From the NCBI GenBank assembly GCA_028282585.1, contig JANQHR010000102.1, positions 41,735 through 105,734 of the forward strand: a DNA stretch of 64,000 bases, written 5' to 3'. The notes below the pieces were generated by a model that saw nothing but the letters and a program-made list of their open reading frames with translations, searched no databases and had not been told where the DNA came from. This DNA is from Bacteroidales bacterium. Lineage in GTDB: Bacteria > Bacteroidota > Bacteroidia > Bacteroidales > UBA12077. The position numbers and the translations under genes are program-made. This document shows, in pieces, positions 18,244-29,055 of this stretch; within the stretch, counting starts at the first letter, position 1; each line of letters opens with the position of its first letter.

Positions 18244-19929
18244 TTATAGTTTGCTTTCCACAATTTTCAATATCTCTTCCTCTAATTTTTCTGTTTTTTG
18301 GTCAATTTCTTGCGCTTTTTTACTAACGGTTTGCACAAATACTTTATCTTCAAGGTCAGCTGAATTTATTTTTACATTTAAAAATGCCCCCTTAACACAA
18401 GAACGAATTGCTAATGCTCCGACACCAGCATCAGAAACTGAATTTGGATTTCCAATTTCCGCCATAGCCTTGATTAATTCTAATGCTTTGTATGATACTT
18501 CCATTACTTTAAATGGAACCAATATTGCATTTTTAGTAGCATCTTGAATTGCCTGTTTTCTTTCAGCTTTTTCCTTATCAGTTTTTTTTGGTAAACCAAA
18601 TGTATCCATAATTTTATTAAATGCATCAGTATCTTCATCAACAAGTCGAACCAATTCCGATTGATATTGCATACCTTTATCTGCCCAATCAGAAAACTCT
18701 TCCCATCGATCGTCCCAACCGCGTTTATGTGATGAAAGATTTGCAACCATTGTGCCTAAAGCTACTCCCATTGCGCCCATATAAGCCGAAACGGATCCAC
18801 CACCTGGAGCAGGTGACTCTGAAGCTGTCTCATCGGTAAATTCGGTCAAAGTCATATCAACCAGCTTTTTCTTCTTTTCATCTGCTGCTAATTTGTACTC
18901 AATGATTTTCTCTTCTGGTTTAAATTCATATAAATCATCAAGCCCCATCGATTTAACAGCAATTTTTATAATCTCTTTTTCAGGTATTCCAACTGAACGG
19001 TTTTGTTTTTTTAAAAAATACTTACCTGCATCAAGCATTGCTTGTAAAGGAATTAAACCAACTAATTCAGAACCACTAACTCTTACTCCTCTTTCCAATG
19101 CTTTTTTAAATACCTCATCAAACGCCACATGAACAGGAGTAACACTTATGTTAGTTAGGTTCATTGATATTTGAGCAATACCATACTCATCGATAAACCA
19201 TCCTATTGCTTTAACGCTTTTTAGTGAACCTGGTTCCCATACCTTATTTCCATTTTCATCTAAAATAGGTTTTCCTGTTAACGAATCGCCTTCACGCTTA
19301 ACTCTTCCCTTTTCACGAACATCAAAAGCAATTGCATTTGCACGGCGAGTTGAGGTTGTGTTTAGATTAACATTATAAGCTACCAGAAAATCACGCGCAC
19401 CTACCGCTGTTACACCAGATTTTGCATTAAATTCTGCTGGTCCGAAATCTGGTTTCCATTCCGGTTTTGCTAATTTTTCCTGTAAACCTTCGTATTCACC
19501 TGCACGGCATACCGCAAGGTTTCTTCTTTTTTCTATTAATGCTGCATTTTCATAACAATATATGGGTATATTCAATTCCTCACCAATTCTTTTAGCTAAT
19601 TTATGTGCGTACTTAACAGTTTCTTCCATAGTAATATTAGCAACAGGAACCAATGGGCACACATCCGTTGCCCCAAATCTTGGATGAGCTCCCTTATGAT
19701 TTCTCATATCAATCAATTCAGATGCTTTTTTTACAGCAAGAAAAGCTGCTTCACAGACTTCTTCAGGGCTACCAACCATTGTAACAACTGTTCTATTTGT
19801 TGCCTGGCCAGGATCTACATCTAATAAGCTTACACCTTCAACTGCTTCTATTTCATTCGTAATTTGTTTAATAATATCCATATTGTTCCCTTCGCTAAAG
19901 TTAGGAACACATTCTATTAACTGTTTCAT
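18244..19929 (-). CDS. ftcD: Bifunctional glutamate formimidoyltransferase / formiminotetrahydrofolate cyclodeaminase
   Basis: IECVPNFSEG, HKGAHPRFGATDVCP; C-terminal cyclodeaminase domain with SPAPGGGSVSA and GNPNSVSDAGVG. Confidence 0.94.
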   Translation of the reverse strand: MKQLIECVPNFSEGNNMDIIKQITNEIEAVEGVSLLDVDPGQATNRTVVTMVGSPEEVCEAAFLAVKKASELIDMRNHKGAHPRFGATDVCPLVPVANITMEETVKYAHKLAKRIGEELNIPIYCYENAALIEKRRNLAVCRAGEYEGLQEKLAKPEWKPDFGPAEFNAKSGVTAVGARDFLVAYNVNLNTTSTRRANAIAFDVREKGRVKREGDSLTGKPILDENGNKVWEPGSLKSVKAIGWFIDEYGIAQISMNLTNISVTPVHVAFDEVFKKALERGVRVSGSELVGLIPLQAMLDAGKYFLKKQNRSVGIPEKEIIKIAVKSMGLDDLYEFKPEEKIIEYKLAADEKKKKLVDMTLTEFTDETASESPAPGGGSVSAYMGAMGVALGTMVANLSSHKRGWDDRWEEFSDWADKGMQYQSELVRLVDEDTDAFNKIMDTFGLPKKTDKEKAERKQAIQDATKNAILVPFKVMEVSYKALELIKAMAEIGNPNSVSDAGVGALAIRSCVKGAFLNVKINSADLEDKVFVQTVSKKAQEIDQKTEKLEEEILKIVESKL

Positions 19930-20001
19930 TGTAATATATAGTTTTAAAATTTGACTTTAGGACGTAAATTTTGATTTTTATACATTATAATATAATATAC
20001 A

Positions 20002-21261
20002 CTAAATCAATTTACCATTTAATATAACCTGATCAATCAAATTACTTGTATATGCATAAGGCATAAAGTCGTAAGTTGAAATTTCTTTAGTAATAAACAT
20101 ATTTGCAACTTTTCCCGCTGCAATACTACCATGCGTTTCTTGAATTCCCATTGCATAAGCCCCATTTATAGTTGAAGCATTAATTACTTCTTCAGGTAAC
20201 ATCTTTAGTTTGATAGTTCCTAAAGACATAATAAATTTCATATTTCCAGATGGGGAAGACCCTGGGTTATAATCTGAAGCAAGTGCAATTGGCAGCCCTG
20301 CATCAATCATTTTACGTACCGGAGGGTCAATCATACCTAAAAAGAATGCTGCTCCGGGTAAAAGAGTTGGCATAGTTTCGGATTCTAAAAGTGCTCTTAT
20401 TTCATCCTCACCTGTAAATTCCAGATGGTCAACGGAAAGAGCATTGTATTTAACACCAACCTGAATACCCCCTGAATAATCTAGTTCGTTGGCATGAATC
20501 TTTGGTCGCATTCCATACTTTAATCCAGCCATTAATATCCTATCTGTTTGTTCAACTGTAAAAAACCCTTTATCGCAAAATACATCTATATAATCTGCTA
20601 ATTCCTGTGCAGCAACTTGAGGAATCATTTCATTAATTACTAAATCAACATATTTATCTTGTTTTCCTTTATATTCGGCTGGAACTGCATGAGCTCCCAA
20701 AAATGTAGATTTTATAGCAATAGGTGTAGTTTCCTTTAATCGCTTTATTACTCGAAGCATTTTTAACTCATCTTCGACTGTTAAACCATATCCACTTTTT
20801 ATTTCTACCGCTCCTGTTCCAAATCCAATAATTTCATTAATTCGTTGTAAAGCTTGTTCGTACAATGAATCCTCTGATGTATTATGAAGTAATTTTGCAG
20901 AATTCAAAATACCACCACCTCTTTTTGCAATTTCTTCATAAGATAATCCGCGGATCTTATCACCATATTCTATCTCACGGCTACCGGCATAAACTAAATG
21001 AGTATGCGAATCACAGAATGATGGAAATACCATTTTCCCGGTTGCATCGATTTCTTCTCCCTGAAAAACATTTAAATTTAAATTGCTCATTTTACCAAAA
21101 TCAGCAATTTTATTTTCCTTTATTATTAAATACGCATCTTCAATTGTATTTAAACTCTGCATATCAATACCCGCAACCCATTTTACAGGATTTTCTTCAA
21201 CGTTTATAAGGCTTTTAATATTTTTAATTAACAAATTCATAAGCATTTTATTACTTTCCAT
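20002..21261 (-). CDS. hutI: Imidazolonepropionase
   Basis: DSHTHLVYAGSR, EIKSGYGL, FLGAHA, DVFCD, IHANE, SVDHLE, ASDYNPGSSP. The real start may be 21240. Confidence 0.96.
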   Translation of the reverse strand: MESNKMLMNLLIKNIKSLINVEENPVKWVAGIDMQSLNTIEDAYLIIKENKIADFGKMSNLNLNVFQGEEIDATGKMVFPSFCDSHTHLVYAGSREIEYGDKIRGLSYEEIAKRGGGILNSAKLLHNTSEDSLYEQALQRINEIIGFGTGAVEIKSGYGLTVEDELKMLRVIKRLKETTPIAIKSTFLGAHAVPAEYKGKQDKYVDLVINEMIPQVAAQELADYIDVFCDKGFFTVEQTDRILMAGLKYGMRPKIHANELDYSGGIQVGVKYNALSVDHLEFTGEDEIRALLESETMPTLLPGAAFFLGMIDPPVRKMIDAGLPIALASDYNPGSSPSGNMKFIMSLGTIKLKMLPEEVINASTINGAYAMGIQETHGSIAAGKVANMFITKEISTYDFMPYAYTSNLIDQVILNGKLI

Positions 21262-21352
21262 TAAGGGTACGAAAATACAAAATTGTATTGATATATATAA
21301 TAAATTTCGTGTTCTATAACTTATGTTCTATTTTTAACCTAAATATATTAAA

Positions 21353-22975
21353 ATGAAAAAGAAAAGGGCTATTCCGCACACCTATGTTATCGTATTTTTT
21401 ATAATTATATTTTCGGCTATTCTTACCTGGTTTGTTCCCGGTGGAGAATTTAACAGGGAGACTTTTACTTTACCTGATGGTACAACTCAAGAGATTATTG
21501 TAAAAGATTCTTTCCATTATACAGATAATGTACCTCAAACCTGGGAATTGTTTTCTGCATTTTTTAAAGGTTTTGTGAAACAATCTAATATCATAGTATT
21601 TATATTATTGATTGGAGGGGCTTTTTGGATTATGAATGATAGTAAAGCCATTGATGTTGGTATTTTTTCTTTTCTAAAAAAGACTAAAAAAATAGAGCAC
21701 ATTAAATTATTTAGGTTTCTGGGAATTGAGAACATTATAATTACTTTAATCATGATTATGTTCTCAATTTTTGGTGCGGTATTTGGAATGAGTGAAGAAA
21801 CTATAGCATTTGTTATCATTTTTGTTCCGTTGGCATTATCAATGGGTTATGATTCAATTGTAGGTGTTAACTTATGCTTTGTTGCAGCTGCTTTAGGGTT
21901 TGCTGGTGCACTGTTGAATCCCTTTACAATTGGTATTGCCCAGGGGCTTTCCGGAATTCCGTTATTTACAGGAATAGAATACAGGTTTTTTATTTGGATT
22001 GTTTTGAATTTAGTTGGTATCATATACGTTTTAAGATATGCTAAAAAAATAAAGAAAAATCCAAAATCATCATTAGTATATGAAGATGACAATAAAAACT
22101 GGAGAAGTAAGGAGCATATTGATGCAGAGAATTTAAAGTATTACACTCCTTTTTCAGCTTGGATTGTTTATGGGTTTATTTCTGTTGTATTGGTTGTTTT
22201 TTCATTTATATATAATCAAACAACATTATCTATTGGAAATTCTTCAACAACAATGCCAATTATTCCATTACTTGCCGGATTGTTTATAATTACTAATCCT
22301 TTCGTACTCAAAAAATCTGTTCATTTCTTTATTCTAAATATATTGATTTTTACTATTTTCTTCTTGATAGTTGGTGTGATGGGATATGGATGGTATGTAA
22401 TGGAAATTGCAACACTTTTCTTTGTCATGGGATTAGCCTCAGGAATTGCTAATAACAAATCGCCAAATACGATAACAAAACTGTTTTTAGATGGTGTAAA
22501 AGACATCGCATCTGCAGCTTTAATCGTGGGCTTAGCTGGAGGTATTATCATTGTATTACAGGAAGGAAAAATTATTGATACTATTCTTTATTCTATTTCC
22601 CAATCTATGAAAAGTATGGGAAAAGTCGGGTCTATAGGAATTATGTATTTAATTCAGACATTCATAAATATTATTATCCCATCAGGAAGTGCTAAAGCTG
22701 CTTTAACCATGCCTATTATGGCGCCTTTTTCAGATTTAATAGGAATTTCAAGGCAGGCAACTGTTGTTGCTTTTCAATTTGGAGACGGTTTTACAAATAT
22801 GATTACTCCAACATCCGGAGTTTTAATTGGAGTTTTGGGCGTGGCTAAAATTCCATATGAAAAATGGGTAAAATGGGTAACACCATTCATAATTATCCTG
22901 GTAATCCTTGGATTCTTATTACTAATTCCAACAGTTTTAATGGATTTAAATGGATTTGAGCTTATAAACAATTAA
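21353..22975 (+). CDS. YfcC family (DcuC/ArcD-like) membrane transporter
   Basis: IPHTYVIVF...TWFVPGG, FGMSEETIAF, NPFTIGIAQ, IPSGSAKA, AFQFGDGFTNMITPTSG. Confidence 0.88.
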   Translation: MKKKRAIPHTYVIVFFIIIFSAILTWFVPGGEFNRETFTLPDGTTQEIIVKDSFHYTDNVPQTWELFSAFFKGFVKQSNIIVFILLIGGAFWIMNDSKAIDVGIFSFLKKTKKIEHIKLFRFLGIENIIITLIMIMFSIFGAVFGMSEETIAFVIIFVPLALSMGYDSIVGVNLCFVAAALGFAGALLNPFTIGIAQGLSGIPLFTGIEYRFFIWIVLNLVGIIYVLRYAKKIKKNPKSSLVYEDDNKNWRSKEHIDAENLKYYTPFSAWIVYGFISVVLVVFSFIYNQTTLSIGNSSTTMPIIPLLAGLFIITNPFVLKKSVHFFILNILIFTIFFLIVGVMGYGWYVMEIATLFFVMGLASGIANNKSPNTITKLFLDGVKDIASAALIVGLAGGIIIVLQEGKIIDTILYSISQSMKSMGKVGSIGIMYLIQTFINIIIPSGSAKAALTMPIMAPFSDLIGISRQATVVAFQFGDGFTNMITPTSGVLIGVLGVAKIPYEKWVKWVTPFIIILVILGFLLLIPTVLMDLNGFELINN

Positions 22976-24120
22976 ATTGTTTTTAATATTTGGGCAACTA
23001 TAAAACCAAGATAGTTGCCTAAAGCGTACCCCATAATTCCTACTGTTAAACCGGAAACTATAATTTCTCGGTTTTTAATAGCACCAGCAATTACCGGCAC
23101 AAATGGTGGTGAACAAATTAAAGCAGTGGAAGTTATCATTACTGTATCTGTATCTATTTTGAATAATCTTGAAATAAATACGTGTAATATAAGGGATACA
23201 AAAATTACAAATGAAATGTACCACAATAAGCCTGGTGCTGTCCCTGTAAAAGTTTTAATATTTGCCATTGAAGCTATAACCATACTAAATACTAAAATAA
23301 GGTACATCCCCAAATCAAAGGTTTTTTCCAGCTTATTTACGCCCTTAACGAGTGAACTCAATATTGCTAAAGTTGTTATGGCCAACATGACAACAGCCAT
23401 TTGTGATTCTTTAGAAACAACTAGCGTTAAGCTTCCACCAAAAGCGAATATAATAACAGATAACCCTAATCCTTTGAGTAAAGATATCCTATATTGTTTC
23501 TTCCAAAATCCCCAATATTCATTTTTGTTTATGCCTTCATTATTATTCTTTGAGTTTGGTTTAAAACTTTTATAACGTGGCAAAATTAATTGAAATACCT
23601 TCTGCCCAATGGTAATAAGAAATAAAAGATAAATTGCTGATATCAACATATCAAACGAATGAGTTATAACAAAAACATCCGGGTCAACATCTAATATTAG
23701 TTTTAATGATGCAAGATTTGGTGTTCCTCCTGAATACAATCCCACCAGTAATCCTCCAATTTTCCAAAATTCTTTAAAACCATTTCCATTAAAAATGAAA
23801 TATCCGACAAAAACTACTAATACAACACTAACCAAAGCAATTATCATCGATGCCAGTGTTTTACCAGCAATTTTAAACCATGCTTTAATGTTTGTGGAAA
23901 ATAGCAATAATGGAATTGCTAGAGGAATTGTAATCATGGTCATTAAATCCTGGACTTTGGTGCTACCTTCAGGTAAAATGTTCAGATTACCCAAAACCAA
24001 ACCAAACCCATAAGCTAATAAGACAGCTCCGATTTTATTGACAATTGGGAATTTATGACATAGGTATAAAATAAATACCGGGAAAAATAAATAGAATAGT
24101 GAAAGTAAGACCAAAGGCAT
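22972..24120 (-). CDS. DUF819 family multi-pass membrane protein
   Basis: ~11 TM; GLYSGGTPNLAS, ITSTALICSPPFVP, GIMGYALGNYLG motifs. Confidence 0.8.
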   Translation of the reverse strand: MPLVLLSLFYLFFPVFILYLCHKFPIVNKIGAVLLAYGFGLVLGNLNILPEGSTKVQDLMTMITIPLAIPLLLFSTNIKAWFKIAGKTLASMIIALVSVVLVVFVGYFIFNGNGFKEFWKIGGLLVGLYSGGTPNLASLKLILDVDPDVFVITHSFDMLISAIYLLFLITIGQKVFQLILPRYKSFKPNSKNNNEGINKNEYWGFWKKQYRISLLKGLGLSVIIFAFGGSLTLVVSKESQMAVVMLAITTLAILSSLVKGVNKLEKTFDLGMYLILVFSMVIASMANIKTFTGTAPGLLWYISFVIFVSLILHVFISRLFKIDTDTVMITSTALICSPPFVPVIAGAIKNREIIVSGLTVGIMGYALGNYLGFIVAQILKTI

Positions 24121-24218
24121 AAACTAAGAATTAATAACCAGCATGGAAAACTAAAAGAAAAATTATGAATTACCAAAAATGAAAATAAATAAGCCGATGT
24201 CTTCTTATCAGCTTATAT

Positions 24219-25100
24219 CTAAAATTCTTCGAACCGGTGCGTAATATCTTTAAAGTCTATTTCTCTAAACTCGCAGCATTCGTCTAAGTTTTTACTATAA
24301 ACATCCATAGCTCTGCGGCTCATACCCATACTTGAGAACCCACCATCATGGAAAACATTTTGCATGGTAATTTTTCTCGTTAAATCAGAAAACATGGTAA
24401 TACAAAAATTAGCACATTCTTCCGCATCTGCATTTCCAAGTGGTGACATTCTATTTGAGAAATCCATCAACTGATCTAATCCCATTACACCGGAACCTGC
24501 CGTGGTTTGCGTAGGTGATTGCGAAATAGTATTTATCCTAATTTTCTTTTCGCGTCCATAAATATATCCAAAGCTTCGGGCTATAGATTCTAATAACGAC
24601 TTTGCATCAGCCATATCGTTGTAACCATAAAGCGTTCTCTGTGCGGCAACATAAGATAACGCTAATACAGATCCCCAATTATTCAATGCATCTTTCTTCC
24701 TGGAAACTTGCAATATTTTATGGAATGATAAAGCTGAAACATCCAACGTTTTTAAAAAATAATCGTAATTCAGATTATCATATGTTATTCCTTTACGAAC
24801 GTTTGGAGACATACCGATTGAGTGAAGTATGAAATCAAATTTTCCACTAAAATGTTCCATGGTTTTATCCACTAAATTCTCTATATCTTCAATACTTGTT
24901 GCATCAGCAGGAATAACGATTGAATTACATTTTTCCGCTAATTCTTCAGTATCACCTAACCGTAATGCAAATGGTGCATTTGTCAAGACAATTTCCGCCC
25001 CCTCTTCAAAAGCTTTTTCAGCAACTTTCCACGCAATTGATTTCTCGTTCAGAGCGCCAAAAATTAATCCTTTTTTACCTTTTAATAAATTAAATGCCAT
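24219..25100 (-). CDS. fabI: Enoyl-ACP reductase
   Basis: GKKGLIFGALNEKSIAWKVA, LHSIGMS, YNDMADAK (Y-x6-K), FHDGGFS. Confidence 0.93.
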   Translation of the reverse strand: MAFNLLKGKKGLIFGALNEKSIAWKVAEKAFEEGAEIVLTNAPFALRLGDTEELAEKCNSIVIPADATSIEDIENLVDKTMEHFSGKFDFILHSIGMSPNVRKGITYDNLNYDYFLKTLDVSALSFHKILQVSRKKDALNNWGSVLALSYVAAQRTLYGYNDMADAKSLLESIARSFGYIYGREKKIRINTISQSPTQTTAGSGVMGLDQLMDFSNRMSPLGNADAEECANFCITMFSDLTRKITMQNVFHDGGFSSMGMSRRAMDVYSKNLDECCEFREIDFKDITHRFEEF

Positions 25101-25176
25101 GATTAAATTTTTTTAATACAAGTTAGATACAATTATGTATTTAGAATGTTCACTTGTACGTGTTATTAAGTTTATT

Positions 25177-26832
25177 TTATTTAGTAAGTAAAACTTTTGC
25201 GTTTTCAATGGCAGCATCAGTAAGTGCTTCACCGCTTAACATTTTTGCTATCTCTTTTATTCTTTCTTCTTTTGATAAAAGTTTTATATACGTATTTGTA
25301 GTTTCGTGATTATCTTTTTTATACACCAAATAATGAAAATCTCCTTTTCCTGCTATTTGCGGTAAATGAGTAATATTTATTACCTGCATATTTTTTGACA
25401 TTTGCTTGATAATAGTTCCCATTTTATCCGCAATTTCACCAGATGTTCCAGTATCAATTTCATCGAATATAATTGTAGGTAAAGTTGTAGTTTCTACTAT
25501 TAATGATTTTATACTTAACATTAATCTTGATATCTCACCACCTGATGCAACCCTTGATAACTCTTCCAAAACCACATTTTTATTAGCAGAAAATAAAAAC
25601 CGGATAATTTCTTTACCCGATGGAAGAAATTCTTTAGTTGGAACTTGTTCAACCTTAAAATTTGCATTCGGGATTCCGAGTAATTGTAAAATTTCAATAA
25701 CCTTATTCTCTATATTTGGAATTATTACTCCTCTATTTTCTGAAATTTGTCTTGCATTATTTGTTAATTCATCTAAAATTAAATCAAGTTGTTTCTTGAT
25801 TTTTTCCGTTTCAAAATCATAGGATGTTATCTTATCAATTTTAACCTGCAGATCGTCCTTAATTTCAATCAATTCCTTTACAGTAGATACTTTATGCTTC
25901 TGTTCTAGTGCATAAATATTATCTAATCTTTCCCGAATAAACTCAATCCTATTTGGATTATGTTCTAACTTCTCGTTTAATTGTTCAATTTCATTATTAA
26001 TATCTTGCAATTCGATATACATCGATTCAATTCTATTTGTTAAATCGTCTCCTTCCTTAATATATTTAGAAATTGAGTCTATTCCATTTTTAGTTTGTTT
26101 TAGGTTGGAAATAATCGAAATCTCTTCACCTGATAGTAAATGAAGGCTCTCAGATAGTTTTAGTTTTACTTCCTCTGCATGATTTAACTGTTCCAATTCT
26201 TCCTCTAATTCTTCTTGTTCGCCATCAATTAATTTTACTGATTCTAGCTGATCAAACTGAAATTGATAATAATCTAGGTCAGTCTTTGCTTTTTGAGCAT
26301 TATTAACTAATTTGTCGTATTCTGAGTTTAGTATATTATACTCTTCGAATCTATTTCTATAAGCGTTAATTAGCTCTTGATGGTCTGCAAAAGAATCAAC
26401 CAAACTTAATTGAAAATGATCATCCCCCAATAATAAACTTTCGTGTTGCGAATGAATATCAATCAAAAATGAACTTAATTCTTTTAATACAGAAAGATTT
26501 ACCGGAGTATCATTAATAAAAGCACGAGATTTACCATGATCTGTTATTTCACGTCTTATAGTAGTTAAATCTTCATAATCAAGGTCATTCTGTTTAAAAA
26601 AATTCTTTATTCTATATTGTTTAATTTGGAATTTTGCCTCCACAAAACATTTCCTGGTTTTATCTTTTAAAACGCCGGTATCCGCTCTCTGTCCCAGAAC
26701 CAATGATAAAGCACCCAATAAGATAGATTTACCAGCACCTGTTTCGCCGGTTATGATATTTAACCCTTTATTAAAATCAATCTCTAATTCATTGATTAAA
26801 GCATAGTTCTGAATGCAAATTGATTGTAGCAT
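25177..26832 (-). CDS. recN: DNA repair protein RecN
   Basis: TGETGAGKSILL Walker A, coiled coil, VASGGEISRLML, IFDEIDTG, ITHLPQIA. Confidence 0.96.
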   Translation of the reverse strand: MLQSICIQNYALINELEIDFNKGLNIITGETGAGKSILLGALSLVLGQRADTGVLKDKTRKCFVEAKFQIKQYRIKNFFKQNDLDYEDLTTIRREITDHGKSRAFINDTPVNLSVLKELSSFLIDIHSQHESLLLGDDHFQLSLVDSFADHQELINAYRNRFEEYNILNSEYDKLVNNAQKAKTDLDYYQFQFDQLESVKLIDGEQEELEEELEQLNHAEEVKLKLSESLHLLSGEEISIISNLKQTKNGIDSISKYIKEGDDLTNRIESMYIELQDINNEIEQLNEKLEHNPNRIEFIRERLDNIYALEQKHKVSTVKELIEIKDDLQVKIDKITSYDFETEKIKKQLDLILDELTNNARQISENRGVIIPNIENKVIEILQLLGIPNANFKVEQVPTKEFLPSGKEIIRFLFSANKNVVLEELSRVASGGEISRLMLSIKSLIVETTTLPTIIFDEIDTGTSGEIADKMGTIIKQMSKNMQVINITHLPQIAGKGDFHYLVYKKDNHETTNTYIKLLSKEERIKEIAKMLSGEALTDAAIENAKVLLTK

Positions 26833-26925
26833 AACGGATTTATCTGAATAATAATTACAAACTTACTAAAAAAAGATCATTGAATATCTTTAATTTAAAG
26901 TAAGAATAATAACAAAAAATGTTGA

Positions 26926-27825
26926 TTACTGTTGTTTGATTTTCTTATACTTGTCAGACCGTGTAGGATCAATCTCAACTAGAATTTTATATACGCGATC
27001 TGCTTCTGCCATAAATGATTCGGAAAAAACATTAACAAGCTCATCAGATTTAGCACTCATGATTAAATCATAATAGAATAAGTAGGGATCGGGTTTTTGT
27101 CGATATATTTTCTGCAATAAATCAAGGCTTTCTGCAATTTCACTTCTACCCTGAGCATCTTTACTCTCCATAACATCAAGTCCTAATCGATGATATCTAT
27201 ATAAAAATTCTCGAATTCCTCTATACCTGTCGTTAAGAATATTCTCTATTAACCAATATCTGTTTTTACGACTTTCAAAAGCTTTCCAACCTTTTTCCTG
27301 TGCGTTTTGAGCGTTATTTACAATTTGCTCTGCCCTTTGAAAAAATTCTGTTCCTCCCATTAAAGAAAAAGTATCATAATCTAACCCAAGTATGATATAA
27401 GCATAATAAGCTAACACTGATGTAAGGTTCGAGCGATGCTCTGTTATAGTAAATTCTAAAGATTCAAATTCAACATAATTAAATCTTAAATTATCATCTT
27501 TATAATTTAATATGGTAGTATTATAAGAAGTATTATAAGTTGGTCTGTTTGATTGAACCTGAATACTTCCAGTGAACTCATCACCACTATGATCCTGAAG
27601 GTTAATCAATATATTACATTCAATTCTTTCTTCGTTTGAATAAACATGGTTTGTCCATGCTGTATTATTCATGAATTCGTAAATAGCAGTTTGGAGGGTT
27701 TGAAAAACTTGCTTATTTGTTCCTTGAATTTGGCTTGAAACTACCTGCACGTTACATCTAAGTTCCTGACCAACCGAAATAATAGAAATAAATAAAAATA
27801 CGAATAAAATAACTGCTTTTTTCAT
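26926..27825 (-). CDS. porD: DUF4835 family protein (T9SS-associated PorD)
   Basis: Signal peptide then QELRCNVQV; LAYYAYIILGLDYDTF; YHRLGLD; conserved position between coaBC and recN. Confidence 0.75.
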   Translation of the reverse strand: MKKAVILFVFLFISIISVGQELRCNVQVVSSQIQGTNKQVFQTLQTAIYEFMNNTAWTNHVYSNEERIECNILINLQDHSGDEFTGSIQVQSNRPTYNTSYNTTILNYKDDNLRFNYVEFESLEFTITEHRSNLTSVLAYYAYIILGLDYDTFSLMGGTEFFQRAEQIVNNAQNAQEKGWKAFESRKNRYWLIENILNDRYRGIREFLYRYHRLGLDVMESKDAQGRSEIAESLDLLQKIYRQKPDPYLFYYDLIMSAKSDELVNVFSESFMAEADRVYKILVEIDPTRSDKYKKIKQQ

Positions 27826-27835
27826 ACTCGAAATT

Positions 27836-29035
27836 TTAAAATCTTTTAATCAGTTCATTCACTATATCAACAGCAACATCTTGTTTAGACTTTAATTCAA
27901 AATTAATAATATTATCACTATTGTCAATAATACTAATTTTATTGGTATCGTGTCCAAACCCTGCGCCTTTCTCCTTTAATGAATTTAGAACGATAAAATC
28001 AAGGTTTTTATTCTGTATTTTCTTTTTTGCATTCTCCAATTCGTTATTCGTTTCTAGCGCGAATCCAATAAGGATCTGATTCTCCTTTTTTATCTTACCC
28101 AACTCAGCAGCTATATCCTTATTTGGCTCCAAAACGATTTGCATATCATTTTTTCCACTTTTAACCTTTTCATCATATTGATGTGCTGGTTTAAAATCAG
28201 CTACTGCCGCAGACATTATAGCACCATCACAATCAGAAAAATTAGTTACAGCAGCATCATACATTTCTTGCGCTGTTTGAACTTTTATCTTTTTAATAAG
28301 AGGATTTGAAACTTCTAAATGTGTTGGGCCTGTAACAAGAAAAACTTCGGCACCTTGATCAGCTAATTTCTCGGCAATTGCATAACCCATCTTACCAGAA
28401 CTATAATTCCCAATGAATCTTACAGGATCAATTGGTTCAAATGTAGGTCCCGCAGTTACAAGGATTTTTTTAGATTTTAGTTTTTTTTTTGAAGAAAAGA
28501 ATTCTATTATTCTCTCGGTAATTGCTTCTGGTTCAGCCATTCTTCCTTTTCCTACCAATCCACTTGCCAGTTCTCCACTTTCCGGCTCTACAATTATATT
28601 ACCATAAGATCTTAAAATCTCAATGTTTTTAAGATTAGCCGGATGTTGATACATATCTAAATCCATAGTTGGAGCTAACATTACAGGGCATCTTGCGGAT
28701 AAATATGTAGTAAGCAATAAATTATCTGCAATTCCATGAGCCATTTTACCCATAGAATTTGCTGTTACTGGTGCAATTACATATAAATCTGACCACAAAC
28801 CTATATCGACATGGCTATTCCATTGACCATTTTCAGGGTCGAAGAACTCAACTAAAATAGGATTTTTTGATAGTGTTGCTAAAGTTAAAGGGGTAATAAA
28901 CTCTTTGGCTAACCTGGTCATAACCACTTTTACTTGCGCACCCTCTTTCACAAGTAACCTTACAAGAATAGCAGCTTTATAGGCCGCTATTCCCCCAGTT
29001 ATTCCCAATAAAATATTTTTTCCTTTTAGCTTCAT
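27836..29035 (-). CDS. coaBC: Phosphopantothenoylcysteine decarboxylase/ligase
   Basis: GITGGIAAYK, APVTAN, G.GRMAEP, TAGPTFEPIDPVRFIGNYSSGKMG, AAVADF, GFALET. Confidence 0.96.
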   Translation of the reverse strand: MKLKGKNILLGITGGIAAYKAAILVRLLVKEGAQVKVVMTRLAKEFITPLTLATLSKNPILVEFFDPENGQWNSHVDIGLWSDLYVIAPVTANSMGKMAHGIADNLLLTTYLSARCPVMLAPTMDLDMYQHPANLKNIEILRSYGNIIVEPESGELASGLVGKGRMAEPEAITERIIEFFSSKKKLKSKKILVTAGPTFEPIDPVRFIGNYSSGKMGYAIAEKLADQGAEVFLVTGPTHLEVSNPLIKKIKVQTAQEMYDAAVTNFSDCDGAIMSAAVADFKPAHQYDEKVKSGKNDMQIVLEPNKDIAAELGKIKKENQILIGFALETNNELENAKKKIQNKNLDFIVLNSLKEKGAGFGHDTNKISIIDNSDNIINFELKSKQDVAVDIVNELIKRF

Positions 29036-29055
29036 GAGCTAATTGTTTGAATAAA

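Noticed and set aside
23015-23575. 186-aa plus-strand ORF and similar short ORFs inside housekeeping genes (e.g. 1725-2039, 25406-25822, 18191-18547)
   Set aside because: Antisense shadows of well-supported genes, with no recognisable motifs.
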